Below, piece after piece: positions 1 through 9,514 of a stretch of DNA of 64,000 nucleotides. Every line of letters starts with the position of its first letter. Position 1 is the first letter of the stretch. The stretch is from Deferribacterales bacterium (GTDB taxonomy: Bacteria; Chrysiogenota; Deferribacteres; Deferribacterales; Geovibrionaceae): NCBI GenBank assembly GCA_050251945.1, contig JBFWLW010000006.1, positions 96,039 through 160,038 on the forward strand, written 5' to 3'. The notes beneath the pieces are model-generated. The model made no database searches. It was not told the origin of the DNA and worked only from the letters and a program-made list of their open reading frames with translations. The translations under genes and the position numbers were made by a program.

Positions 1-102
1 TATTTTTGCACGCATCTCGTTCTCGAAAAAATCACGCCGCGCAAGCACACGAAGTGCGTACTCGAATGGGGTTTTACTCCGTATCTTCCTTTTCGGGAAC
101 AT
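1..102 (-). CDS. recX: RecX regulatory protein, 5' part (runs off the window)
   Basis: Not in the ORF track. ATG at 102 on the minus strand reads MFPKRKIRSKTPFEYALRVLARRDFFENEMRAKI, matching the RecX N-terminal pattern (ALrlLarRd.se.Elr.Kl). Lies directly downstream of recA-pilT. Confidence 0.8.
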   Translation of the reverse strand, partial: MFPKRKIRSKTPFEYALRVLARRDFFENEMRAKI

Positions 103-112
103 CTTCCGCCTG

Positions 113-1186
113 TCAGCCGGAAAATCCGGCAAGTTTCAGCCTGAGGTCATCGGGACGTTTCGCCCATTTGAACGCCTCGTCCGCCGTGATGTATCCTGCC
201 TCTATATGGTCAATGAGGGACTGGTCGAACGACTGCGAGCCGTAAATATCCCTTCCCTGCTCAATGAAATCCGTTATTTCGTGCAGCCTGCCCTTGTCGC
301 TTATGCACTCTTTAACCGCGCCTGTGGCAATCATAACCTCCACAGCCGGAACTCTGCCCGGTATATCGGTTCTCGGCACGAGCCTCTGGGAAATCACCGC
401 GTTCAGGACAGACGCAAGCTGTAATCTGATCTGTTCCTGCCTGTGCGGTTCAAACACGGATATGATCCTGTTGACTGTCTCCGGCGCGTCCGAAGTATGC
501 AGAGTGGACATAACAAGGTGTCCGGTCTCCGCAGCGTGGAGAGCTGTCTCAATTGTTTCCGCATCCCGCATTTCACCCACAAGTATCATATCGGGATCCT
601 GCCTGAGCGCTCTTTTCAATGCCTCGGAAAAAGAGTTGGTATCAGACCCCACCTCCCTTTGGGAAATGGCGGACAGCTTATCCTCGTGAAGAAACTCAAT
701 TGGATCCTCCACGGTGATTATATTCATCTTTCCGGTGCGGTTGATAAAATCTATCATCGCAGCAAGAGTTGTCGATTTCCCGCTTCCGGTGATACCGGTC
801 ACCAGCACAAGTCCTCTCTGTTTTCCGGATATCTCTTTTATGACGTCCGGCAGAAGCAGGCTGTCAATATCCGGCACCTTTTCCGGAATAACACGAAAAA
901 CCAGCCCAATCATGCCGCGCTGTATGTATGCATTTACACGGAATCTCGCTATGCCGATCAGGGCATATGCAAAGTCCGCCTCTTTGCGGTCTTTGAACCC
1001 GGACTTAAGGGAGGCGGGCATAATGCTCCCCGCCATCTTAACTGCGATCTCCGCAGTGACAGTCTCAAAGCCTGTCAGAGTCTCCATATCACCGTGCAGA
1101 CGAACAACCGGCGGTCTGCCGACCTTGATATGGACATCCGAAACGCCGAGAGAAGCAGCCTTCGCCAAAACCGCGTTTATATCCAT
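113..1186 (-). CDS. pilT: Type IV pilus retraction ATPase, PilT/PilU family
   Basis: SDVHIKVG, RFRVNAY, Walker A GITGSGKSTT, TVEDPIEF, QREVG, ALRQDPD, GEMRD, AETGHLVMSTLHT. Confidence 0.92.
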   Translation of the reverse strand: MDINAVLAKAASLGVSDVHIKVGRPPVVRLHGDMETLTGFETVTAEIAVKMAGSIMPASLKSGFKDRKEADFAYALIGIARFRVNAYIQRGMIGLVFRVIPEKVPDIDSLLLPDVIKEISGKQRGLVLVTGITGSGKSTTLAAMIDFINRTGKMNIITVEDPIEFLHEDKLSAISQREVGSDTNSFSEALKRALRQDPDMILVGEMRDAETIETALHAAETGHLVMSTLHTSDAPETVNRIISVFEPHRQEQIRLQLASVLNAVISQRLVPRTDIPGRVPAVEVMIATGAVKECISDKGRLHEITDFIEQGRDIYGSQSFDQSLIDHIEAGYITADEAFKWAKRPDDLRLKLAGFSG

Positions 1187-2208
1187 TATTCCTCTTCGGA
1201 AACACGTGTTCCTTTAAAATCGGCAACGGCGAATTTGGCACGAATTTTTGCCTCAAGCTCTGCCGCAGCTTCAGGGTTGTCCTTAAGCCACGTCCTTGAG
1301 TTCTCTTTGCCCTGACCTATCTTCGCATCGCCATAGCTGAACCATGCACCGGCTTTATTGATATATCCCGCTTCCACTCCCATATCTATGAGCAGACCTT
1401 CGCGGGAAACGCCTTCGCCGTACATAATGTCGAACTCTGCCGTTTTGAAGGGGGGCGCAACCTTGTTTTTAACGATCTTCGCTATACCGTGATTGCCCAC
1501 AACCTCTTCCTTCTCTTTCAGAGCCTGAGATTTCTTTATCTCTATACGCATAGAAGCGTAGAACTTGAGTGCGTTACCGCCGGTTGTGGTTTCGGGGTTG
1601 CCGTACACAACGCCTATTTTTGAACGGGTCTGGTTGATGAATATCAGCGTCGTCTGTGACTTGTTGACGATACTGGTAAGCTTTCTGAGTGCCTGACTCA
1701 TCAGTCTTGCCTGAAGTCCCATATGCGAATCGCCCATTTCGCCCTCTATCTCCGCACGTGGAGTGAGTGCCGCAACGGAGTCAATGACGATGATGTCGAT
1801 TGCACCGCTTCTGACCAGTGTTTCTGTTATTTCAAGCGCCGCCTCGCCACTGTCGGGCTGACTGACAAGAAGGTTGTCGGTGTCAACGCCTATCGCTTTC
1901 GCATATACGGGGTCAAGTGCGTGTTCGGCATCTACAAAAGCCGCCGCACCGCCTATTCTCTGCGCCTCCGCTATGGCATGAAGAGCGATGGTGGTCTTAC
2001 CGCTGGATTCAGCTCCATAAATCTCGATGATTCTTCCTTTCGGGAAGCCGCCGACACCAAGGGCAATGTCTAATGACAGAATACCCGTGGAAACAACCGG
2101 AAGCTTCTCGTGGGGCTTGTCGCCCAAACGCATTACGGCGCCCTTTCCGAAATCCTTTTCTATCTTGCCCAGAGCAAGCTCAAGGGCTTTTTTCTTGTCC
2201 TGATCCAT
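1186..2208 (-). CDS. recA: Recombinase RecA
   Basis: [60 protein letters not shown]. Confidence 0.99.
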   Translation of the reverse strand: MDQDKKKALELALGKIEKDFGKGAVMRLGDKPHEKLPVVSTGILSLDIALGVGGFPKGRIIEIYGAESSGKTTIALHAIAEAQRIGGAAAFVDAEHALDPVYAKAIGVDTDNLLVSQPDSGEAALEITETLVRSGAIDIIVIDSVAALTPRAEIEGEMGDSHMGLQARLMSQALRKLTSIVNKSQTTLIFINQTRSKIGVVYGNPETTTGGNALKFYASMRIEIKKSQALKEKEEVVGNHGIAKIVKNKVAPPFKTAEFDIMYGEGVSREGLLIDMGVEAGYINKAGAWFSYGDAKIGQGKENSRTWLKDNPEAAAELEAKIRAKFAVADFKGTRVSEEE

Positions 2209-2292
2209 CTCGCCTCCGATCTCTTTATTTTAACAAATTATATTACTATAAAATCTGTCCCATGAAAACAGCCTTTTAATAACATATATAAG

Positions 2293-2307
2293 CGACAGAT
2301 TCTGTCG
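2293..2307. promoter_or_regulatory. Palindrome CGACAGA-T-TCTGTCG in the divergent recA/island promoter region; candidate operator
   Basis: Perfect 7-bp inverted repeat flanked by TATAT-rich tracts in an AT-rich intergenic region. Confidence 0.35.
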
Positions 2308-2354
2308 TTAATATATAACTGTACAACACAGGTATCTTAGATTAAAATTTTCTC

Positions 2355-4088
2355 ATGGAAAATACGTTCAACATCGAAGAACACCTGAGAACATATACAG
2401 CAGGCTTCTCGCAGCCGCAGGTGCCTCACGGGGCGTTCAGGTCTTTCATCGACACCGAACTGAAATATTGCGGACATTTGAACAAAAGCTATGTCCAGCA
2501 GTACGGACGGATATTCCACCTGCTGAGAGACAAAATAATACTTCCCAATCATAATAAATTTAATCTGCTTCCCGTCTTTGAGGAACTGGCAAACCTTATG
2601 CGCAGAAGCGGCATAGTTCTGCCGCCCGCAGAGAACGGACAAAGGATAATCAACGCTTTCAAAAACTCATACGACGACAACGACACCTACTGGAAACTGA
2701 ACATTCTGCGCATGGACATGGTCGTAAGATCGTTCATGAACTGCTCTGATAAAGCGGAATTTCTGGAAAAAATGTCGTGTCTTAAGTCTTCCGAATGTTT
2801 CAGAAATAAAGACGAACTGCGTTTCTTTGCACAAAACCTGAAAATGCTCTTCCCTTCGGCGGAAGAATTCATGGCGTACTACGCAAAAATATTCACTCCG
2901 GCATATTCCGAAAGAGATATCACAGCTTTTAAAGCGGGAATTATCTGGGTAGTGGAAATATCGTGGGGTATCGCATACAAGGAACACCGCGCCCACATGG
3001 CGCTGATGGAACCGCTCATAGGTGTTCTGAACGGGGCGTTGAAAAAGCAGTATGACGAAGCCGTGTTCTATCTGCATTTCCCGCTAAGCCACATATACCT
3101 GAACCTCTGCCACACCCAGACAGAGTTTAAGGCTTTCAACGAAAAGGTCGAAAAGCCGATATCCGCATATATGCCGGTAAACATGAACAGGTGGAACATC
3201 AAACCTGTTCAGCGCAAAAACAGCAATAAACGCATAGGCTTAGTGTTCGACAGACTTGTCGGAAGCTCACCTGTCAAATTGCTGATATCGCTCCTTAACT
3301 ATATGAAAGACGAAAAATATGAGCTGTACGTTTACGACATGGGCTATGTTGAAAAGGCGCCTTCGCAGAAAGAATACATCGACGAAGTCCTCGCCGCCGG
3401 TGCAAAATACACCAACGGACACGAGCTGGCAAATTCCGGCGCAGACAGATACTACAGCCATTTTGAAAAATGTGCGGCACTCAGAAATGCTGTGATAAAA
3501 GATGAAATAGATATCCTTATCGCCACAGGCAACAGAACTCAGACAACCTTTATGCTTGCCGCCAGAACCGCACCTGTGCAGATGTACTGGGATCACGGGA
3601 ACCATGAATATGACGTTGCCGGAATAGACAAGCGCATCTGTCATTTTGACGACGGGTACAAAAACGAATTCGTGTTCTCCCGCTTCACCCTGCCGATGCT
3701 TCCGAAATACCTCGCTCCCGACGAAGAGAAGAAAAAAACCGAGGCGGCTGAGATAAAGAAAAAACTCCCGCAGCATAGGGTTGTTCTGGGCAGTATCGGG
3801 CGCATTATGAAACTTTCCGATGAATATCTGGAGACAGTTGCCGATATATTAAAACAGAACCCCGATGCTGTATACCTTGCCTGCGGAGACGGTCCCATTG
3901 CGGAAAAACGTGTGAAAGTCCGCGAGCTGGGCATTGAGGATCGCTTTATCTTCACAGGGTTTGTGGATCCTCACATATACGGGCACGTTATAGACATCTA
4001 CCTGAACACTTTCCCGCTCGCAGGCGGCGAAAGCGTTAACGAATTCAGAGCCAAAGGTGATAATAAATATGTCGTCTCTCTCAACTGA
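2355..4088 (+). CDS. GT41-like (OGT/SPINDLY/HMW1C-type) glycosyltransferase with no obvious TPR array
   Basis: DEIDILI...AARTAPVQMYW, GSIGRIMKLS, DRFIFTG and DIYLNTFPLAGG resemble the GT41 catalytic motifs (DILVD...RPAPVQVxW, N..K, DIYLDTFPYNGG). The N-terminus appears helical. Confidence 0.7.
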   Translation: MENTFNIEEHLRTYTAGFSQPQVPHGAFRSFIDTELKYCGHLNKSYVQQYGRIFHLLRDKIILPNHNKFNLLPVFEELANLMRRSGIVLPPAENGQRIINAFKNSYDDNDTYWKLNILRMDMVVRSFMNCSDKAEFLEKMSCLKSSECFRNKDELRFFAQNLKMLFPSAEEFMAYYAKIFTPAYSERDITAFKAGIIWVVEISWGIAYKEHRAHMALMEPLIGVLNGALKKQYDEAVFYLHFPLSHIYLNLCHTQTEFKAFNEKVEKPISAYMPVNMNRWNIKPVQRKNSNKRIGLVFDRLVGSSPVKLLISLLNYMKDEKYELYVYDMGYVEKAPSQKEYIDEVLAAGAKYTNGHELANSGADRYYSHFEKCAALRNAVIKDEIDILIATGNRTQTTFMLAARTAPVQMYWDHGNHEYDVAGIDKRICHFDDGYKNEFVFSRFTLPMLPKYLAPDEEKKKTEAAEIKKKLPQHRVVLGSIGRIMKLSDEYLETVADILKQNPDAVYLACGDGPIAEKRVKVRELGIEDRFIFTGFVDPHIYGHVIDIYLNTFPLAGGESVNEFRAKGDNKYVVSLN

Positions 4089-4971
4089 ACACAAACTGCC
4101 GGAAATAACCGTTCCGGAAGACTATAATTATCTTGCCTTCTTTATTTCACTCAACTGCAATCTGAAATGCCATTACTGCATTAATCTTAACGATAAAAAC
4201 TCTTCCAGAAAGGACATGGCGAAACACCACATGTCAGGTTCCGACTGGGCAAAGGCTATAAACAGGCTTTACATAGGCAGGGACGATCTTCCGGTCACCA
4301 TTCAGGGCGGAGAACCTACCATTCATAAAGACTTTTACCAAATAGTCAACGAAACCGACGACAGTATAAAACTCGACCTGTTAACAAACATGGCATTCGA
4401 TCCGGAAGAGTTCATCCGGAACGTTCCCGCATACAAATTCACCCGCGAGGCGAAATACGCGGCAATACGCGTCAGCTATCACCCCGGGTACAACGACATA
4501 GACGTTCTCATAAAGAAAACTCTGCGTATGGCGGAAGCCGGATTTTATGTGGGGCTGTATTCCGTTATGGTGCCGGAGAACAAAGAACACATAGAAGAAG
4601 TTATGGCTCGCTGCAAAGGGATCGGCATAGATTTCCGCGTTAAGGAATATCTGGGCTTCGATGGCGAAAAATGGCACGGGCAGTATAAATACATGGACGC
4701 CATAAGTCAGAACGTCCGCAAAAACTGCATGTGCAGAACCACAGAGCTGATAGCGGGTCCCACGGGACACATTTTCCGCTGTCACTCCGACCTTTATGCG
4801 AACAGAAGCGCCATCGGGCATATACTCGACCACGATTTCAAAATCGAGCAGATTTTCCGTCCGTGCGAATGGTACGGATTCTGCAATCCGTGCGACATAA
4901 AAGTCAAAACAAACAGATTCCAGATATTCGGACACACAAGCGTCGAGATAAAGGACGTACATGACCGCTGA
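4069..4971 (+). CDS. Radical SAM protein with Twitch/SPASM-like C-terminus
   Basis: CNLKCHYC, GGEP, C-terminal CMC...GPTGHIFRC...C...CNPC. ATG 4069 preferred over GTG 4057 because of the RBS position. Confidence 0.88.
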   Translation: MSSLSTEHKLPEITVPEDYNYLAFFISLNCNLKCHYCINLNDKNSSRKDMAKHHMSGSDWAKAINRLYIGRDDLPVTIQGGEPTIHKDFYQIVNETDDSIKLDLLTNMAFDPEEFIRNVPAYKFTREAKYAAIRVSYHPGYNDIDVLIKKTLRMAEAGFYVGLYSVMVPENKEHIEEVMARCKGIGIDFRVKEYLGFDGEKWHGQYKYMDAISQNVRKNCMCRTTELIAGPTGHIFRCHSDLYANRSAIGHILDHDFKIEQIFRPCEWYGFCNPCDIKVKTNRFQIFGHTSVEIKDVHDR

Positions 4972-6022
4972 TAAATATGCAATAGACAGCCACAAACTGA
5001 AATATCATCCGGACAGGGTTGCCCAGTTTCTGAAAACAGGGGACACTGCGCCTGTCTATGTGGAAATTTCCCCCACGGCCTTCTGTAACCACAGATGTGT
5101 GTTCTGCCATTACAACTACATAGGACATGAAGGCAGCTTTGCAAAGGGCAGAATGCTCAGCCTTATCGACGAGCTTGCGGATGCAGGAACAAAATCCGTT
5201 GTTTTTGCGGGAATAGGCGAACCGCTGCTGAATCCTGAAACCGTACCTGCTGTGGTGAAGGCAAAAAAACTCGGAATTGACGCAGGCATGAGTACCAACG
5301 GCGCATTAATGAAAGACGGACATATCCCTGAACTGGTACAAAACCTGACATGGATACGTTTCTCATTTAACGCCGCCACACCCGAAAAATACGCGGAAAT
5401 TCACCATACAAAACCTGAAGACTTTGAAAAAGCTCTTGTGAATATAGAAAAACTTGCGAAAGAAAAAAAGCGGGCAGGTGCGTCCGTAACTATTGGTCTG
5501 CAATTCATATTGCTGTCGGATAATCTGAACGGAATAGATTCTCTTGTGGGGCGGGTCAAAAAAGCCGGAGCCGATTATTTCTCAATGAAACACTTCTATG
5601 AGCATGAAAAAAATTCAATGAAATGTTCGTCAATAAACGAAGAACAGGAAAATATGCTGAAAGCTGTTTCGGCAAAATATTCCGACCCGAAATTCAGCGT
5701 TATTCTCCGCAGCCGTGAAAACCTGAACAGGACACGGGTATATGACAAATGTATGGGGCTGCCTTTCATCGTCTATATCAGGGAAAACGGGGACGTTTAC
5801 ACCTGTTTTTCCTACCAGCACGATGAAAAAACCGTACTTGGAAACATAAACAAATCAACCTTCGCCGATATATGGAAATCCGGCGCTAAAAAGGATGCTG
5901 TTGACTATATAAACAACTGCATTGAAAAGAACAACTGTCAGCCGAACTGCCGCCATCATCAGATAAATAATTATCTGTGGGAGCTCACGCATCCTTCGGT
6001 TGAACATATAAACTTCATTTAG
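4961..6022 (+). CDS. Radical SAM/SPASM protein
   Basis: CNHRCVFC, GIGEP, STNG; C...RENGDVYTC...LGNI...C...CQPNC. Confidence 0.9.
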   Translation: MTADKYAIDSHKLKYHPDRVAQFLKTGDTAPVYVEISPTAFCNHRCVFCHYNYIGHEGSFAKGRMLSLIDELADAGTKSVVFAGIGEPLLNPETVPAVVKAKKLGIDAGMSTNGALMKDGHIPELVQNLTWIRFSFNAATPEKYAEIHHTKPEDFEKALVNIEKLAKEKKRAGASVTIGLQFILLSDNLNGIDSLVGRVKKAGADYFSMKHFYEHEKNSMKCSSINEEQENMLKAVSAKYSDPKFSVILRSRENLNRTRVYDKCMGLPFIVYIRENGDVYTCFSYQHDEKTVLGNINKSTFADIWKSGAKKDAVDYINNCIEKNNCQPNCRHHQINNYLWELTHPSVEHINFI

Positions 6023-6031
6023 AAGGCGAAA

Positions 6032-6811
6032 ATGCAAGAGACTGCAAAAAACATACGAAGAAACATAATACGCATGGCAAACGCTTCAAAGAGTCCGCAC
6101 GTCGGCTCGGCACTTTCGTGCGCGGACATTCTTACAGTACTCTATCACAATATTTTAAATCTGCCGGAACCCGCAGACGAAACAAGGGATTACTTCCTTC
6201 TGTCAAAAGCCCATTCCGCAATGGCGCTGTACAGCACTCTCAATTCAAAAGGGTTTCTGAGCGATGAACACATGATGAGCTATTACCAGAACGGAGGGAT
6301 ACTTCCGGCACATACCGACAGGTTTACAAACGACTACGTTGAAATTTCAGCAGGAAGTCTGGGACACGGTCTGCCCATCGGGCTTGGTATTGCAAAGGCA
6401 ATGAAACTCCAGAAAAAGCCCAACAGGGTGTTTGTGCTGATGGGTGACGGAGAAAGTCAGGAAGGTTCCGTTTGGGAAGCGGCAATGCTCGCGCCGAAAC
6501 TGGAACTGAACAACCTCACTGCGATGATAGATTATAACAACCTGCAAGGATACGGACGCGCTAAAGAACTGGTCGCATACGAACCGGTCAGAGACAAATG
6601 GGAAAGTTTCGGCTGGGACACAGTGTGCATAAACGGGCATGACTATGACGCAATTTCGGATGCTCTCTCATCCCCATCCGGCAGACCGAAGATGGTAATC
6701 TGTAACACTATAAAAGGTAAAGGCGTTTCCTTCATGGAAGATCAGCTTATCTGGCATTATTACATTGTCACCGACGAGCATATGAAGAACGCTCTGGAAG
6801 AGTTATCATGA
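6032..6811 (+). CDS. Transketolase-like, N-terminal (ThDP-binding) subunit
   Basis: SPHVGSALS, LSKAH, GSLGHGL, ThDP motif GDGESQEGSVWEA...DYNN, TIKGKG. Confidence 0.93.
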   Translation: MQETAKNIRRNIIRMANASKSPHVGSALSCADILTVLYHNILNLPEPADETRDYFLLSKAHSAMALYSTLNSKGFLSDEHMMSYYQNGGILPAHTDRFTNDYVEISAGSLGHGLPIGLGIAKAMKLQKKPNRVFVLMGDGESQEGSVWEAAMLAPKLELNNLTAMIDYNNLQGYGRAKELVAYEPVRDKWESFGWDTVCINGHDYDAISDALSSPSGRPKMVICNTIKGKGVSFMEDQLIWHYYIVTDEHMKNALEELS

Positions 6812-7722
6812 GAAACAGAATAGCGAAAAGGATATATGAAAAAGCAAAAGACGATGCGTCTTTATTTCTGATTTCAGGAGACGCTGGACTCGGAGTATGG
6901 GAGCCTTTTCAGAAAGATTTTCCGGACAGATTTCTGAATCCCGGCGTAAACGAGGCATGCGATGTAGGCATGGCGGCAGGACTGGCACTCTGCGGTCATA
7001 AAGTTGTCTACTACAACATAGCGCCGTTTGTCGTAATGCGCCCCTATGAGCAGGTTCGCAACGACGTATGCTATCAGGAACTTCCGGTCATATTCGTCGG
7101 AACGGGAAGCGGCATAACCTACGCACCGGCAGGAATGACACACTATGTAGTTGAGGATATTGCACTTTGCAGGACACTGCCTAATATGAACATCTTCTCC
7201 CCGTGCGACCCGCTGGAAGCCGACGCCGCATTCGCATATGCATACGAAAGCAGAAACCCCACCTACATCCGTATCCCGAAAAACGGAGAACCTGAACTTC
7301 ACAAATGTCCGATAAAAGATATCACTCTTCCGCAGGTTATCGCGGAAGGCAAAGACGTTCTTCTGATATTCCACGGTTCCATTTCCGATGAAGTTCTTAC
7401 GGCATGCGTCGAGTTGGATAAAAAAGGGATATCCGCCTGTGCGGTTTCAAATCCTTGCGTAAGCACTGTTTCAGAAGCAATTCTGGATATGATAAGTATA
7501 TTTCCGGCGGTTTTCTGTATTGAAGAGCATTTCCAGATCGGCGGGCTGGGAACCATTCTGGCAGATTCGTGCAACCAATTTTCAATACACAAGAAAATAT
7601 ATAAAATGGGCATACGGAACCATTATATACACACTGTCGGAAACAGAGATTTCTTAAGAAAACATTTCGGCATAGATTCGCAGTCAATCGTTACGGCTGT
7701 TTCGGAGGTACTCAATGGGTAA
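6808..7722 (+). CDS. Transketolase-like, C-terminal subunit
   Basis: RFLNPGVNEA...GMAAGLA, RPYEQVRND, GMTHY, EEHFQIGGLG. ATGA overlap with the N-terminal subunit gene. Confidence 0.92.
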   Translation: MRNRIAKRIYEKAKDDASLFLISGDAGLGVWEPFQKDFPDRFLNPGVNEACDVGMAAGLALCGHKVVYYNIAPFVVMRPYEQVRNDVCYQELPVIFVGTGSGITYAPAGMTHYVVEDIALCRTLPNMNIFSPCDPLEADAAFAYAYESRNPTYIRIPKNGEPELHKCPIKDITLPQVIAEGKDVLLIFHGSISDEVLTACVELDKKGISACAVSNPCVSTVSEAILDMISIFPAVFCIEEHFQIGGLGTILADSCNQFSIHKKIYKMGIRNHYIHTVGNRDFLRKHFGIDSQSIVTAVSEVLNG

Positions 7723-8377
7723 ACTGGTGGAGATCATAACAAAACTGCATAAGAAAACCCAAAGGGACTACGTTGGAAGAATGGTCGACGAAAAAACACA
7801 CTGTATGGACGTTGCAAAGCAGTATGGCGCCGATTACTGGGACGGAGACAGGCGCTACGGATACGGCGGGTATAAATATGACGGACGCTGGAAATCAGTT
7901 GCGGAAGACCTTATCCGCATGTACGGACTGACAGACGATTCAAAAATCCTTGATGTAGGCTGCGGAAAGGCTTTTATTCTTTACGAAATAAAGAAAATTC
8001 TGCCCGGCTGCCGGATTGCGGGTCTGGACATATCCGAATACGGACTTGCAAACGCAAAAGAGGAAATAAAAGAATTCCTGTTCAGACACGACGCAACAAA
8101 ACCTCTTCCGTTCGGCGACAAAGAGTTCGATCTTGTATTCTCCGTTACAACTTTGCATAACTTTAAAATTTACGAACTCAAAACTGCATTGACAGAGATA
8201 GAGCGTGTCGGCAAACAGGGATATGTCATGGTAGAGGCATACAGAAACTCAGTGGAGCTTTTCAACCTTGAATGCTGGGCGCTGACCTGTGAATCCTTCT
8301 TCCGTCCTGACGAATGGATATGGCTCTATAAAGAATTCGGATACACAGGCGATTACGAATTTATATATTTTGAGTGA
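7715..8377 (+). CDS. Class I SAM-dependent methyltransferase
   Basis: ILDVGCGKA, GLDISEY, LPFGDKEFDLV; YWDGDRRYGYGGY N-terminal motif. Confidence 0.88.
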   Translation: MGKLVEIITKLHKKTQRDYVGRMVDEKTHCMDVAKQYGADYWDGDRRYGYGGYKYDGRWKSVAEDLIRMYGLTDDSKILDVGCGKAFILYEIKKILPGCRIAGLDISEYGLANAKEEIKEFLFRHDATKPLPFGDKEFDLVFSVTTLHNFKIYELKTALTEIERVGKQGYVMVEAYRNSVELFNLECWALTCESFFRPDEWIWLYKEFGYTGDYEFIYFE

Positions 8378-8386
8378 TACCTTCCC

Positions 8387-9493
8387 CTATATCTGCTTCA
8401 TGAGCGCCATGCAGTCTTTAACGATAACATCCATATTATCGTAATGATATTTTCCCATTCTGCCAAGGCTGTAGCAGTCTTTGGGGAGCATGGACAGATA
8501 TGAGGCGGCTCTGCTTATCTCCGACTTTATCGGGTAAGGATACAGCTTATTATTAAAACTGGGGAACTCTATTCCCAAAAGAGTATCGTTCGCCTTATAT
8601 CCTGTAAGTATCTTGTATTCAACCACTCTCGTATAAGGCTCATCCCCTGCGTAATGTATGAAATGATAGGGATCGGGAGTAACCCTCTCAACAGGCAGTA
8701 TCAGCTTTATGAAGTCTCGTCCTATGTATCTCAGTTCGCCCAGACAGTAATCAAAAACACTGTCTATGGAGGCGGTATTTATTACTACATCACCGCTGTG
8801 CCACTCTCCTGCCGCATATACTCTTTTGTTATCAAGATCAAACTGTTCAACGGGAGAATTGAAACGGACGTCGCACCCCTGAACGCATATCTCAAAATAA
8901 TCGTTATATCCGTTGAGTTTCACCGGATATGCAATGAGTTTCTGCCCCTCGAAACACTGCTTTGATCCTGTTTTCAAAGTTGCGCCTTTCGGGGAAAAGC
9001 TGAACTCGTCCAGCTCTTTATTATTCTTTACCTGCCACATTTTTTCAGAATATGTATGGATAAATTTATTATAAAGCGTTTCCCCTATGGAATTCTGCCA
9101 GTACTCCTCAAAGTTCTTTGAATCATCCACGCCTTTTCTGCTGTCAAGTTCGTGCCTGATCTTGTCATAATCGGGCATATCCTTTATCTCGTCTTCATGT
9201 ATCGGATATGTATAGAATCGGTCGTCCTGCGAGACATAGGTCATCGTGTGGTGGCTAAGCTCCCTGAGCTCAAGAAATCTGGTAAAATAGTCATGAACAT
9301 ACATTTCGTGAAGATTTATAAGAAGATGATGCGGACCGAACGTATAAGGGTGTCCATGGTAATAATAAGTTCTGCACCCGCCGCCGAGAACGTCCGATTT
9401 TTCCAGAAGTTTAACTTTGAATCCTTTTTCTCTGAGCATAAGAGCGGCAGTGCATCCACTGAAACCTCCGCCGATTATAAGTGCGCTTTTCAT
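8387..9493 (-). CDS. FAD-dependent NDP-sugar pyranose-furanose mutase (UDP-galactopyranose mutase-like)
   Basis: IIGGGFSG, LGGGC, TFGPHH, YSEKMW, YTRVVEYK, YPYP, LGRMGKYHYDNMD parallel Glf motifs. Confidence 0.75.
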   Translation of the reverse strand: MKSALIIGGGFSGCTAALMLREKGFKVKLLEKSDVLGGGCRTYYYHGHPYTFGPHHLLINLHEMYVHDYFTRFLELRELSHHTMTYVSQDDRFYTYPIHEDEIKDMPDYDKIRHELDSRKGVDDSKNFEEYWQNSIGETLYNKFIHTYSEKMWQVKNNKELDEFSFSPKGATLKTGSKQCFEGQKLIAYPVKLNGYNDYFEICVQGCDVRFNSPVEQFDLDNKRVYAAGEWHSGDVVINTASIDSVFDYCLGELRYIGRDFIKLILPVERVTPDPYHFIHYAGDEPYTRVVEYKILTGYKANDTLLGIEFPSFNNKLYPYPIKSEISRAASYLSMLPKDCYSLGRMGKYHYDNMDVIVKDCMALMKQI

Positions 9494-9514
9494 GTATATC
9501 TCCCGAAGAAAATG

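Noticed and set aside
2255..2331. E. coli-like SOS boxes upstream of recA (CTGT...ACAG at about 2255-2271 and 2319-2331)
   Set aside because: Spacers are 9 and 5 nt rather than 8, so neither fits CTGT-N8-ACAG.
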